Counted from the whole stretch's first letter, positions 45,812 through 60,703 are shown. The stretch: DNA of 63,031 nucleotides, filler included, from Stramenopiles sp. TOSAG23-6 (GCA_900128565.1; 18 parts of 18 records of this genome joined end to end with filler, not necessarily neighbours in it), one strand, 5' to 3'. Notes: generated by a model not told the origin, from the letters alone. Translations and numbers: made by a program.

Positions 45812-48040
45812 GTGAGAGTTTCGTGCAGCAATTGTTCTTTTTATCCTCAGCATTTCTCTGAACGTATCCTCATTACCATGACCAATCTCAAACTCCTGCC
45901 AAGATTTCCAAAATTCCAATGCAACACGAGGATCTGCGAATTGGGCACAATGAGTAAGAATCCCTCTAGCTCGATCAATTTCACCAAGTTTTCTCTCCAT
46001 TTCTGCATATCTCTGACACAAAGTTCGAATGCCAACGTCTTCAAGACCACTATCATCGCCTAAAGCTTTTTCGTATATATTCCGTGTTTTGTACACACCA
46101 TAATATTCTTCAACTTTTCGAAGCCACAATAAATATACTTGGAGTCTAGATTTGGAAGGTAGGATTCGCGAGGCTCTATCCAAAATGGACATGGCATGAC
46201 GTGTCATTCCATAAGTTTCTTCTAATTGAAAATAGTCAATATAAAATATAAAAGCATGTTCAACAGGAGCATCCGCAATAACTTCTTCATATAGTTCCCG
46301 GGATCTCTCTAATTTCGAACCATTATAATGCGAATTAAAATCTGAAAGATAAGACGTCCATAACTCTTTACGATGCGGCCAATCAAACAAAGATATTCCT
46401 TTTTCATAGACTCTATAACTATCTTCAAAATATTTATTCTCCTTCAAAAGAAGAGCATAATTCAGAACTGTGCGTACACTTGCTACCTTTAATGCAATCA
46501 TACGATCATAAGCATGTCTCGTAGAGTTCAAATCACCCAAATTCTCCTCTAAATCTAAACGTAATCTCCAGAGTCTTGAATTTTTGTGTAATTGCTTCTT
46601 GTATTTTTGACCATTTTCTAGATCTCGTCGATTGTGACGTCTCTGAGGTTCTGCAGTTGCTTTATGGACCAAACTTAAGGCTTTTGTATACGATTTATGT
46701 TTGATATGGCATTCAATCCAAGCACACCAAATACGAGCGAGGTGATCAGTATATTTGAAACGGACTTCTGTTGCTTTCTCGAAAATTACATCAGCGTTTT
46801 TTAAGTCGTCTTGATCAGAATAGTAGTGAGTAAAGTCAATCCAGAGGTCATGGGGATACCCTACAGCTTTAGCCGGATTAATTTTTGAGACACCTTCTGT
46901 ATAACACTCTACAATGTCGTACGGTGTATCATATAGCTTGACACGACTCTGCCACTCATGAACATTATGTGGGTTCTGACGAAGACGAACTGATGATAAC
47001 AAGATAGGTCTACGATCCATTAAGAGTTCTAAACGAGCTAAGCGAAGGTCAATATCATCTCCGAGCTCATCATTGCCGGAATCATTATCGTTACTTTTCT
47101 CTGCCACAACATCCATCTTGGCATGCAGCATTTGTTCTTCAAATTGCGCGTATGCTTCAAATACTAAAGAAAAATCTCTCACAGTCATCAGAACTGAAAT
47201 AGCTTCCTCGTAAATGTCTCTTGCTTTTGAAAACATACCAATTCGTATATAATAATCAGCGAGACTACACCATAGGGTTCCTACTTCATCAGAGAACCGA
47301 CAAATCCCAGCTCTAATAATCGCGTCGGCATCAAGAGAGACAATATGCGAAGATTTTGTGGACAATAAGTTACACAAATCCATCCACAGCTGGTGTTTAT
47401 TTTTCTTTTTTATTGATACAAATGTATCATCAGATGCAGCAATTGAAAGTTGTTTAGCGGCTTCATCGTATTGGCCAATGTCAAGGAGAAACTCAACATA
47501 ATCTTCCACCTGTTTAGGGTCAAATCGCATGTAGCGACGATACACGCGCAACGCAGTTTGCCATACGCCAATACTTTTGACCCATTTTACGTACAGCGCC
47601 CATACTCGATCGTGTTGTGTTACTGGCAATGCCTGTAGTGCTCGATCAAATGTATGCCGCGTGCGAGTGATTAGTTTTTGGGCTATGAGAAACTCACAAT
47701 AATTTGTCCACATACGAGGATACTTATGCATCGTGACCAAGGCACGTTCATATGCATTATTTGCAGCAGTAAATTTTTTGTGGCCTGGCTTTTTTCCTCG
47801 TGTTTCTTTTATACGATCCGTTAGATAACTGTTCCATAATTTATAACTTCCTGGAAGGTGTTTTACTGCCCGTTCATGTAGTACGTTGCGGCTCTTTGAT
47901 CCAGAGTTTGAAGATCCGCCCTTTTTCACACGCTTTGATCCAATATACGCACACCATTCCTTCACTGAGTACGGGTTCCGCATTAGAATATTTTCATAAT
48001 GCATGTCATCAGCAGTTGGCATCCATGACGAGGAGCTCAT
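45812..48040 (-). CDS. SYF1: Pre-mRNA splicing factor SYF1/XAB2 (first long exon)
   Basis: RNPYSVKEW..Y, LPGSYKLW, TRTRHTFDRAL..LPVTQHDRVW, LRQNPHNVHEW, HGNEDTFREMLRIKR; ends at a GTATGT donor. Confidence 0.93.
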
Positions 48041-48347
48041 ACTGCAACACGTCTAATTCAACAGCACCAGTACTATCTAACCTACCTGCAAGGAGAACGA
48101 GAGAGTCCATCGAAAAATTTCAAAGTGTTTTTCGCTTCGCCGCGAGTGAGGTAAAAAACACGAAATCCAATCCGAAATCTGGTACTCAAATATATGTTGA
48201 AACTGTAAACTACATCACGTTTGACACAACGTAAACTGAAAGATAGCACAATAAACTGAGTACAAATAAACTGAAAGATAGCACGGTTTATAACAGTAAA
48301 AAAGATTGGAAGCTGTTGCCAGTTACACCGAACTACCAGTCACATAC

Positions 48348-49085
48348 ATGAATGCATTAAAAATGGTGCAAAAGCCACCATGGCAGTATTTTCCAAGAAA
48401 GAAGCTGTTATCTAAAACACATGTTTTCCTAGGTTTGATAATGTGTACCTATTTTCTGTTAGTAAACCCACAGTCAGTAAGCACCGCAATATTACAGAAT
48501 ACTGATACGTCTTTAACGTATTCCTCGAAGCCAGATGAAGAGTTAATTGAGTTACGTGCAATTCAATCGCAGATGGATGGTATTGCTGATACAATGGCTG
48601 CAAAGGGAAACACTTTATATCAAGATTTATTTGGAATTGCTGATGGGAGTGCAGCTTTCCTAAAAGACGGTGTTGACCAAGAGATTGGCAAAGTTGGCAG
48701 TAAAGTACAAGACGTCCGCCGAAGGTATATTGAAGCTTATCCGACAACGTATACACCGGGTTTAATCGTCGATCCATGCAGAGGGAAACCATTCGATTGT
48801 TGCAAAGATACATACGGTGCATCAGAATATTTTGAAAAATTTCCATTAGAATCTCAACTGGAGAATGATGTCGTACAAGAAGAGCGTGTTTGTTATGATG
48901 GATTTGGATTAGATTGCTTATTAAATGCTAAAAATACAAGGTTACGTGCTCTAAATAGTCGATTGCCCTTTGACGATTTTCAGTATGATACAACTTGCAC
49001 TGGCTCAGGATTGCCTACATATGATTGTGTTAGTAAAAATTATCGTAGAGTTAGAAATCCATTATTTCCTGCTTGCTGGGATCGA
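48348..49085 (+). CDS. Hypothetical single-TM Cys-containing protein, partial
   Basis: Long ORF with a TM helix; truncated at the contig end. Confidence 0.55.
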
Positions 49086-49185
49086 NNNNNNNNNNNNNNN
49101 NNNNNNNNNNNNNNNNNNNNNNNNNNNNNTTAATTAATTAANNNNNNNNNNNNNNNNNNNNNNNNNNNNNNNNNNNNNNNNNNNN

Positions 49186-52100
49186 TCATTTTGATGTCAC
49201 TAAATGTAATTTTATCGTGTTTCAAAAGTATTTCTTTTATGTCGTCTGTTTTACAATTTAGTATATGCAATCCAAGTTTTTGTTTCTCTGGCCCATCCCA
49301 TGCTTTGGTTTGACCTGTCTGTTTATTACCTGAAGCGTTCCAATCAGCGTTGCTTTCTTCTGCATTGCCTTCTTCTCTCTTAAACATATTTGCTGCTGCA
49401 ATATTATTTGGTTCAACGTCGTCATGATTATTTGCTTCTCCTTGTGGTGCTGGTGCCACATTCTGCTGTGGTGTTGTATTTTCCGTCATTTTGTCTCCAA
49501 TAAGCAACGGGGTGGATCCTGCATTAGTATCCCGATCGACATCAGCACCAGCAGTGATAAGTTTTTCAACTACTCCAACATGACCATTCTGTGAAGCCTT
49601 CGACGCGCTGCTGATGCTGCCACCGCCGGGGCCGCTCTTCCCTCCGATTTTTTCGTTGCATTCGTTGAGTTCCTGGAACACCTCTTTGTTGCCACCTTTG
49701 TCCGGATGGAATTTACGGGCCATTAATTTATAGCACTCTCTCCACTCTGTTTGTCTCACGGGCTCGCAGAACTTTTTGAAGCAGTTGATCTTGATGCCAT
49801 CACCGCCGCCGCCACTTCCACCATCACTCGCATTAATGGCTTCCCCGTTTGTCTCAATTGAGGTGCTTTCTCCAAATTCATTCATCGCCTGAGCTGTGTG
49901 ACAATAGAATACCATGAATAGTACAAGTAATCTCGGCAATCTCATCGTTTTGAATATAGTATATTCAGAATAAATAAGGACGCGTTCGTCGATACAGTTG
50001 TAATTTCCATAGAGAGAGATTTAATAACAAATTCACTGGATAGAAACGCGTTAATACGTAACGCAAACGGTCCTTTTAAATTTCTTCGCTTCAAAAAGCA
50101 GGTTTGTCTTGAACAGACATGAAAACACACGTGTTTTCTTCGTCGTGTTTTTGTTTCTGTCCGAGGATGATGACCGATTTGAGTTTTTTGTAATATCGAT
50201 TTCTGTTATACAATTCCCACACATGCTGTATTCCATGGAGTAGCTAGGCCCTCACAAAATGCTACCACTTATTCCTTGCATTTTATCTGCCGCAGGATCA
50301 GTGATAGGGTTTGTGTCTCATTGGACGTATACTCAAATTAGTGGTTTGCGAGAAACTGTCCTGTCACTAGAAAATGCAGTTGTGAGAGAAGAACCAAGTT
50401 TCTGGAGTCAGTTATTCGAGCCTCTTGCAAAACAGTGTGGTGGGTCTCTAAAGACAATTGCATTATCTGCATGTATCGCGTCTGGGTCAGTCATGATGAT
50501 GTGTATTGGAACATGGTATGAGATGCGTTTATTACGCTTCTCTAATGCACAGCGGAAAGATTTGGAAAAAAGACTGGAGTCTCTACGCGAAATTAACCTT
50601 GCTTTGGCGAAGGACTGTGAAATATTGACGAATGAAAAAAAGAAATTAGTAGAAAAAGAAAACAGGTTAGTTCAAACGAGCAAAATTTTCCATGACAAGT
50701 CTTCCAAGATATCCCCACTCGTAGACTATCGCCAACCCCTGACGGTAAAATATATACAGAAAACCGAATGAACTAAGATTAGTGTTGTACGCATTGTGAA
50801 TGAATATAAGTATGGTCTTTAGTGAAATGTTTAAAAGAAATAGTTTTGTATACTATGAACTACTTCTACGTAATAAAAGGATTAGCTTTTTATTTTATGA
50901 ACTACTTCTACGTAATAAAAGGATTAGCTTTTTTTATTTTATGAACTACTCCTACGAAATAAAAGAAAAAGGATTCACACTTAAAGATAACATAATCAAG
51001 GTGTATCACAATACATGCTTTTCCCGTTACCCATCATATGCGTGGCAAATTCCTTATAATCGACCGTGCCTATTCCGTTAACGTCAGCAGCTTTCGTGAA
51101 TTCTACTACTTCCCCCTCTGTCAACGGATTTTCACCCATAGTTTTGAGTAGACTTCCAAAACTTTTTACATTTATTACACCAGGTGAACTCTCAAAAACT
51201 CCTAAAGCATCAATTATATTCTGAAGCGAGGTTGTTGGTTTTAGTTTCTTCATCATTTCTACAAAACTATTTTCATCTAAACTATCTCCTCCCATCATCT
51301 TTGCTATTGTTTCGTCGGAAGCTCCGAATAAAGAACCCCATACACCCTGCATATCTTCTTTTGTAACTTTCCCATCGCCGTCCTTATCGATAAAAAGAAA
51401 AAGTTGCTGAAACGTCTCGACGTCGGACATTTTAATATATGCTTTGTGGTGCGATGTAGTTTTGGTCAATGAAATGTATTTCGTATTTCCAAAGATATGC
51501 TGCTCGCGAGTAGCGCGCAAACGCAAACAACGGTCGACAGTTACTTTTTGTTCTTTTCCTTTTTCCTTTTCCTTTCCTTTCAGAAAATGAAAACCATGCG
51601 ATATTTCTCAAACAAGCATGGATTTTTTTAATATACATACTTAATACTACTACTGTTTTTAATGGCGGCAGTACAAGCTCTACAAAGAGGTGGGCAAAGT
51701 CATGTAGATTTTGGAGAATTTGAGAATACCATTTATGCTCAAGGAACAAAAGATCACGACAACGCTATTGCTGAGATAATTGAAATGCGACATTCACGAG
51801 CCGGAATTATTGCTGAGGAAGCAGATATAGACCATTCCCGCACTATTGATACAATAAATCAAAATAGCATTGAAACCAAAAATAATATAGATCTAAATTT
51901 TGCTGTTCGTAAAGAAAAAGTAAAGGAACAACTAGATGAAACCGAACTAGCTTCATTGGGTATGTTTACGAGTATGACAGAAAGTGACCTTATAGAACTC
52001 AATGAAGAGTGTGAAGAACAACTTCAAAGTGAAATTGCTATGGCAACCCAGATTTTCAAGGCTAAAAATGAAGCTCGAGAAAAGGCTGACAAAGAGTCTA

Positions 52101-55100
52101 GTGATACCAGGGCTGCAATCGCAAGAGATATAAAATATAATATAAAACAGAACTTAGAAGATAAAAAAATGAAACTTATAAAGTTAGAAACTTCACTTTC
52201 GAAGCTTAAGAGTAATGAAAGTAAAATGGCGGATATTTCACAAAGGTTACAAACAAAGAGAGCCAAGCAATCGCTTAGTGCGAAAATCAGAGCTACAAAA
52301 TGGGACATTGAACAATTACAGCAGAAAGATAAAGATGCATTCATGAAAAGTAGAGATATAGAAGTAGAGGCTTTAGTTAAATCACAAAATACTGCAAAAC
52401 TTCAGCTAGATCTTTTCACTGTAGCAAAATCAAAACTTAAGGCACAGGCGGCTGCTCAAAAACAAAAGCGGTTGGATCTGTTTAAACAATTCCAACAGAC
52501 TAAACAAAACTCCAGGAAGCAAGATGAAATGTTGTCATCATCAGTTAGGCAGCAAGATGAAATGTTGTCATCNNNNNNNNNNNNNNNNNNNNNNNNNNNN
52601 NNNNNNNNNNNNNNNNTTAATTAATTAANNNNNNNNNNNNNNNNNNNNNNNNNNNNNNNNNNNNNNNNNNNNTCATTTTGATGTCACTAAATGTAATTTT
52701 ATCGTGTTTCAAAAGTATTTCTTTTATGTCGTCTGTTTTACAATTTAGTATATGCAATCCAAGTTTTTGTTTCTCTGGCCCATCCCATGCTTTGGTTTGA
52801 CCTGTCTGTTTATTACCTGAAGCGTTCCAATCAGCGTTGCTTTCTTCTGCATTGCCTTCTTCTCTCTTAAACATATTTGCTGCTGCAATATTATTTGGTT
52901 CAACGTCGTCATGATTATTTGCTTCTCCTTGTGGTGCTGGTGCCACATTCTGCTGTGGTGTTGTATTTTCCGTCATTTTGTCTCCAATAAGCAACGGGGT
53001 GGATCCTGCATTAGTATCCCGATCGACATCAGCACCAGCAGTGATAAGTTTTTCAACTACTCCAACATGACCATTCTGTGAAGCCTTCGACGCGCTGCTG
53101 ATGCTGCCACCGCCGGGGCCGCTCTTCCCTCCGATTTTTTCGTTGCATTCGTTGAGTTCCTGGAACACCTCTTTGTTGCCACCTTTGTCCGGATGGAATT
53201 TACGGGCCATTAATTTATAGCACTCTCTCCACTCTGTTTGTCTCACGGGCTCGCAGAACTTTTTGAAGCAGTTGATCTTGATGCCATCACCGCCGCCGCC
53301 ACTTCCACCATCACTCGCATTAATGGCTTCCCCGTTTGTCTCAATTGAGGTGCTTTCTCCAAATTCATTCATCGCCTGAGCTGTGTGACAATAGAATACC
53401 ATGAATAGTACAAGTAATCTCGGCAATCTCATCGTTTTGAATATAGTATATTCAGAATAAATAAGGACGCGTTCGTCGATACAGTTGTAATTTCCATAGA
53501 GAGAGATTTAATAACAAATTCACTGGATAGAAACGCGTTAATACGTAACGCAAACGGTCCTTTTAAATTTCTTCGCTTCAAAAAGCAGGTTTGTCTTGAA
53601 CAGACATGAAAACACACGTGTTTTCTTCGTCGTGTTTTTGTTTCTGTCCGAGGATGATGACCGATTTGAGTTTTTTGTAATATCGATTTCTGTTATACAA
53701 TTCCCACACATGCTGTATTCCATGGAGTAGCTAGGCCCTCACAAAATGCTACCACTTATTCCTTGCATTTTATCTGCCGCAGGATCAGTGATAGGGTTTG
53801 TGTCTCATTGGACGTATACTCAAATTAGTGGTTTGCGAGAAACTGTCCTGTCACTAGAAAATGCAGTTGTGAGAGAAGAACCAAGTTTCTGGAGTCAGTT
53901 ATTCGAGCCTCTTGCAAAACAGTGTGGTGGGTCTCTAAAGACAATTGCATTATCTGCATGTATCGCGTCTGGGTCAGTCATGATGATGTGTATTGGAACA
54001 TGGTATGAGATGCGTTTATTACGCTTCTCTAATGCACAGCGGAAAGATTTGGAAAAAAGACTGGAGTCTCTACGCGAAATTAACCTTGCTTTGGCGAAGG
54101 ACTGTGAAATATTGACGAATGAAAAAAAGAAATTAGTAGAAAAAGAAAACAGGTTAGTTCAAACGAGCAAAATTTTCCATGACAAGTCTTCCAAGATATC
54201 CCCACTCGTAGACTATCGCCAACCCCTGACGGTAAAATATATACAGAAAACCGAATGAACTAAGATTAGTGTTGTACGCATTGTGAATGAATATAAGTAT
54301 GGTCTTTAGTGAAATGTTTAAAAGAAATAGTTTTGTATACTATGAACTACTTCTACGTAATAAAAGGATTAGCTTTTTATTTTATGAACTACTTCTACGT
54401 AATAAAAGGATTAGCTTTTTTTATTTTATGAACTACTCCTACGAAATAAAAGAAAAAGGATTCACACTTAAAGATAACATAATCAAGGTGTATCACAATA
54501 CATGCTTTTCCCGTTACCCATCATATGCGTGGCAAATTCCTTATAATCGACCGTGCCTATTCCGTTAACGTCAGCAGCTTTCGTGAATTCTACTACTTCC
54601 CCCTCTGTCAACGGATTTTCACCCATAGTTTTGAGTAGACTTCCAAAACTTTTTACATTTATTACACCAGGTGAACTCTCAAAAACTCCTAAAGCATCAA
54701 TTATATTCTGAAGCGAGGTTGTTGGTTTTAGTTTCTTCATCATTTCTACAAAACTATTTTCATCTAAACTATCTCCTCCCATCATCTTTGCTATTGTTTC
54801 GTCGGAAGCTCCGAATAAAGAACCCCATACACCCTGCATATCTTCTTTTGTAACTTTCCCATCGCCGTCCTTATCGATAAAAAGAAAAAGTTGCTGAAAC
54901 GTCTCGACGTCGGACATTTTAATATATGCTTTGTGGTGCGATGTAGTTTTGGTCAATGAAATGTATTTCGTATTTCCAAAGATATGCTGCTCGCGAGTAG
55001 CGCGCAAACGCAAACAACGGTCGACAGTTACTTTTTGTTCTTTTCCTTTTTCCTTTTCCTTTCCTTTCAGAAAATGAAAACCATGCGATATTTCTCAAAC

Positions 55101-58100
55101 AAGCATGGATTTTTTTAATATACATACTTAATACTACTACTGTTTTTAATGGCGGCAGTACAAGCTCTACAAAGAGGTGGGCAAAGTCATGTAGATTTTG
55201 GAGAATTTGAGAATACCATTTATGCTCAAGGAACAAAAGATCACGACAACGCTATTGCTGAGATAATTGAAATGCGACATTCACGAGCCGGAATTATTGC
55301 TGAGGAAGCAGATATAGACCATTCCCGCACTATTGATACAATAAATCAAAATAGCATTGAAACCAAAAATAATATAGATCTAAATTTTGCTGTTCGTAAA
55401 GAAAAAGTAAAGGAACAACTAGATGAAACCGAACTAGCTTCATTGGGTATGTTTACGAGTATGACAGAAAGTGACCTTATAGAACTCAATGAAGAGTGTG
55501 AAGAACAACTTCAAAGTGAAATTGCTATGGCAACCCAGATTTTCAAGGCTAAAAATGAAGCTCGAGAAAAGGCTGACAAAGAGTCTAGTGATACCAGGGC
55601 TGCAATCGCAAGAGATATAAAATATAATATAAAACAGAACTTAGAAGATAAAAAAATGAAACTTATAAAGTTAGAAACTTCACTTTCGAAGCTTAAGAGT
55701 AATGAAAGTAAAATGGCGGATATTTCACAAAGGTTACAAACAAAGAGAGCCAAGCAATCGCTTAGTGCGAAAATCAGAGCTACAAAATGGGACATTGAAC
55801 AATTACAGCAGAAAGATAAAGATGCATTCATGAAAAGTAGAGATATAGAAGTAGAGGCTTTAGTTAAATCACAAAATACTGCAAAACTTCAGCTAGATCT
55901 TTTCACTGTAGCAAAATCAAAACTTAAGGCACAGGCGGCTGCTCAAAAACAAAAGCGGTTGGATCTGTTTAAACAATTCCAACAGACTAAACAAAACTCC
56001 AGGAAGCAAGATGAAATGTTGTCATCATCAGTTAGGCAGCAAGATGAAATGTTGTCATCNNNNNNNNNNNNNNNNNNNNNNNNNNNNNNNNNNNNNNNNN
56101 NNNTTAATTAATTAANNNNNNNNNNNNNNNNNNNNNNNNNNNNNNNNNNNNNNNNNNNNTCATTTTGATGTCACTAAATGTAATTTTATCGTGTTTCAAA
56201 AGTATTTCTTTTATGTCGTCTGTTTTACAATTTAGTATATGCAATCCAAGTTTTTGTTTCTCTGGCCCATCCCATGCTTTGGTTTGACCTGTCTGTTTAT
56301 TACCTGAAGCGTTCCAATCAGCGTTGCTTTCTTCTGCATTGCCTTCTTCTCTCTTAAACATATTTGCTGCTGCAATATTATTTGGTTCAACGTCGTCATG
56401 ATTATTTGCTTCTCCTTGTGGTGCTGGTGCCACATTCTGCTGTGGTGTTGTATTTTCCGTCATTTTGTCTCCAATAAGCAACGGGGTGGATCCTGCATTA
56501 GTATCCCGATCGACATCAGCACCAGCAGTGATAAGTTTTTCAACTACTCCAACATGACCATTCTGTGAAGCCTTCGACGCGCTGCTGATGCTGCCACCGC
56601 CGGGGCCGCTCTTCCCTCCGATTTTTTCGTTGCATTCGTTGAGTTCCTGGAACACCTCTTTGTTGCCACCTTTGTCCGGATGGAATTTACGGGCCATTAA
56701 TTTATAGCACTCTCTCCACTCTGTTTGTCTCACGGGCTCGCAGAACTTTTTGAAGCAGTTGATCTTGATGCCATCACCGCCGCCGCCACTTCCACCATCA
56801 CTCGCATTAATGGCTTCCCCGTTTGTCTCAATTGAGGTGCTTTCTCCAAATTCATTCATCGCCTGAGCTGTGTGACAATAGAATACCATGAATAGTACAA
56901 GTAATCTCGGCAATCTCATCGTTTTGAATATAGTATATTCAGAATAAATAAGGACGCGTTCGTCGATACAGTTGTAATTTCCATAGAGAGAGATTTAATA
57001 ACAAATTCACTGGATAGAAACGCGTTAATACGTAACGCAAACGGTCCTTTTAAATTTCTTCGCTTCAAAAAGCAGGTTTGTCTTGAACAGACATGAAAAC
57101 ACACGTGTTTTCTTCGTCGTGTTTTTGTTTCTGTCCGAGGATGATGACCGATTTGAGTTTTTTGTAATATCGATTTCTGTTATACAATTCCCACACATGC
57201 TGTATTCCATGGAGTAGCTAGGCCCTCACAAAATGCTACCACTTATTCCTTGCATTTTATCTGCCGCAGGATCAGTGATAGGGTTTGTGTCTCATTGGAC
57301 GTATACTCAAATTAGTGGTTTGCGAGAAACTGTCCTGTCACTAGAAAATGCAGTTGTGAGAGAAGAACCAAGTTTCTGGAGTCAGTTATTCGAGCCTCTT
57401 GCAAAACAGTGTGGTGGGTCTCTAAAGACAATTGCATTATCTGCATGTATCGCGTCTGGGTCAGTCATGATGATGTGTATTGGAACATGGTATGAGATGC
57501 GTTTATTACGCTTCTCTAATGCACAGCGGAAAGATTTGGAAAAAAGACTGGAGTCTCTACGCGAAATTAACCTTGCTTTGGCGAAGGACTGTGAAATATT
57601 GACGAATGAAAAAAAGAAATTAGTAGAAAAAGAAAACAGGTTAGTTCAAACGAGCAAAATTTTCCATGACAAGTCTTCCAAGATATCCCCACTCGTAGAC
57701 TATCGCCAACCCCTGACGGTAAAATATATACAGAAAACCGAATGAACTAAGATTAGTGTTGTACGCATTGTGAATGAATATAAGTATGGTCTTTAGTGAA
57801 ATGTTTAAAAGAAATAGTTTTGTATACTATGAACTACTTCTACGTAATAAAAGGATTAGCTTTTTATTTTATGAACTACTTCTACGTAATAAAAGGATTA
57901 GCTTTTTTTATTTTATGAACTACTCCTACGAAATAAAAGAAAAAGGATTCACACTTAAAGATAACATAATCAAGGTGTATCACAATACATGCTTTTCCCG
58001 TTACCCATCATATGCGTGGCAAATTCCTTATAATCGACCGTGCCTATTCCGTTAACGTCAGCAGCTTTCGTGAATTCTACTACTTCCCCCTCTGTCAACG

Positions 58101-59546
58101 GATTTTCACCCATAGTTTTGAGTAGACTTCCAAAACTTTTTACATTTATTACACCAGGTGAACTCTCAAAAACTCCTAAAGCATCAATTATATTCTGAAG
58201 CGAGGTTGTTGGTTTTAGTTTCTTCATCATTTCTACAAAACTATTTTCATCTAAACTATCTCCTCCCATCATCTTTGCTATTGTTTCGTCGGAAGCTCCG
58301 AATAAAGAACCCCATACACCCTGCATATCTTCTTTTGTAACTTTCCCATCGCCGTCCTTATCGATAAAAAGAAAAAGTTGCTGAAACGTCTCGACGTCGG
58401 ACATTTTAATATATGCTTTGTGGTGCGATGTAGTTTTGGTCAATGAAATGTATTTCGTATTTCCAAAGATATGCTGCTCGCGAGTAGCGCGCAAACGCAA
58501 ACAACGGTCGACAGTTACTTTTTGTTCTTTTCCTTTTTCCTTTTCCTTTCCTTTCAGAAAATGAAAACCATGCGATATTTCTCAAACAAGCATGGATTTT
58601 TTTAATATACATACTTAATACTACTACTGTTTTTAATGGCGGCAGTACAAGCTCTACAAAGAGGTGGGCAAAGTCATGTAGATTTTGGAGAATTTGAGAA
58701 TACCATTTATGCTCAAGGAACAAAAGATCACGACAACGCTATTGCTGAGATAATTGAAATGCGACATTCACGAGCCGGAATTATTGCTGAGGAAGCAGAT
58801 ATAGACCATTCCCGCACTATTGATACAATAAATCAAAATAGCATTGAAACCAAAAATAATATAGATCTAAATTTTGCTGTTCGTAAAGAAAAAGTAAAGG
58901 AACAACTAGATGAAACCGAACTAGCTTCATTGGGTATGTTTACGAGTATGACAGAAAGTGACCTTATAGAACTCAATGAAGAGTGTGAAGAACAACTTCA
59001 AAGTGAAATTGCTATGGCAACCCAGATTTTCAAGGCTAAAAATGAAGCTCGAGAAAAGGCTGACAAAGAGTCTAGTGATACCAGGGCTGCAATCGCAAGA
59101 GATATAAAATATAATATAAAACAGAACTTAGAAGATAAAAAAATGAAACTTATAAAGTTAGAAACTTCACTTTCGAAGCTTAAGAGTAATGAAAGTAAAA
59201 TGGCGGATATTTCACAAAGGTTACAAACAAAGAGAGCCAAGCAATCGCTTAGTGCGAAAATCAGAGCTACAAAATGGGACATTGAACAATTACAGCAGAA
59301 AGATAAAGATGCATTCATGAAAAGTAGAGATATAGAAGTAGAGGCTTTAGTTAAATCACAAAATACTGCAAAACTTCAGCTAGATCTTTTCACTGTAGCA
59401 AAATCAAAACTTAAGGCACAGGCGGCTGCTCAAAAACAAAAGCGGTTGGATCTGTTTAAACAATTCCAACAGACTAAACAAAACTCCAGGAAGCAAGATG
59501 AAATGTTGTCATCATCAGTTAGGCAGCAAGATGAAATGTTGTCATC
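49186..59546. repeat. Three further copies (49186-52572, 52673-56059, 56160-59546) of contig 17644-21063
   Basis: Identical ORF translations; each copy bounded by the artificial linker; one fewer terminal 33-bp unit than the first copy. Confidence 0.95.
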
Positions 59547-59715
59547 NNNNNNNNNNNNNNNNNNNNNNNNNNNNNNNNNNNNNNNNNNNNTTAATTAATT
59601 AANNNNNNNNNNNNNNNNNNNNNNNNNNNNNNNNNNNNNNNNNNNNTTTTTTTTTCGTACGAAATGTTGTACCTAACAAAAATATTACAAAAAAAAAATA
59701 TTTTTCAAAATACAT

Positions 59716-60216
59716 GTATCTCTCGATTATTTAAACAACCAAAGTATTGTAATGGAAGAAATTACTGGTAAAATGCAGTTAATGCAAAGAGAACGAGATA
59801 AATATGAAAAAATGATTGAGGATGAAATATCACAAAATAAAGAGAAGAGAATAGCTTGTGTTAACCTGAATATGAACATTACAAACTTGGAAACCCAATT
59901 GATGGCATTAGAAGCAAAGCACAAGGACATTCACATCCAAAATACAACATTAAAAGCAGAGCTTGAAAGGAAGAAAAAAGATACTGACTCTAAAAAAGTC
60001 AAGGAATTAAAAAATACATTGTTTCAATTTAAATGCGAGCGAGACGAAGTAATAGCAGAAGTGGAAGAAACGAAAGCAAAATGTAAAAAAACAGATCTTT
60101 TGATAGAAGAAGCTCAACGAAAATCTGCAAGTTTGAATGTAGAGCTGGGTGAACTTAAAATTTTATTGGAAGGTATGAAATCTATTAATGTTTTAGATGA
60201 AAAAGATACAAAATAA
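59716..60216 (+). CDS. Terminal exon of a coiled-coil protein
   Basis: Frame open from directly after CAAAATACAT; GTACCTAAC upstream. Confidence 0.65.
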   Translation, partial: VSLDYLNNQSIVMEEITGKMQLMQRERDKYEKMIEDEISQNKEKRIACVNLNMNITNLETQLMALEAKHKDIHIQNTTLKAELERKKKDTDSKKVKELKNTLFQFKCERDEVIAEVEETKAKCKKTDLLIEEAQRKSASLNVELGELKILLEGMKSINVLDEKDTK

Positions 60217-60703
60217 TAAAGTAGATTTTTAATGTTTTAGATGAAAAAGATACAAAATAATAAAGTAGATTTTCAGATTATGTACCTCAATTTTCTTTTT
60301 ATTTTCATTGAAAACCTTAACCCCTAACCCTAATTTTGTGTTTCATTGTTTGAATTTTCAATTTTGCGTTTGTTTGCATCCATATATGCAAGCGGTTTGC
60401 GTGTGGGTTTGCTTACTTAGCCATCTCGAAAAATAAAAAATAATTTTGAGGAATTTTGAGAGTCTGATGTCGATGACGTCATATCGATCGATAATGACCG
60501 GACTTTAGTTCGACCAAGCAAAAAATAATAAAGCAAAAAGGTCCCAAAAGGTCTCTGAGTCTTAGACTGATTTGAAAATTAGATTATCAATAATAATAAT
60601 TCTGCTGCACTCTCACCTCTTTTGTCTATTCGTTCTAACTCTAGCAAGACATATTGACTTTTAATTGATAAACTATAGTGAGTGCAGTTATCTGCTATTT
60701 GGA

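Noticed and set aside
29960..48040. Alternative genetic code as the cause of broken ORFs
   Set aside because: Long exons (Utp3, SYF1) are open under the standard code and breaks coincide with intron motifs
49130..59602. Apparent 3.5-kb tandem gene-cluster amplification
   Set aside because: Copies are separated by the artificial linker and look identical; most likely redundant contigs rather than a real array
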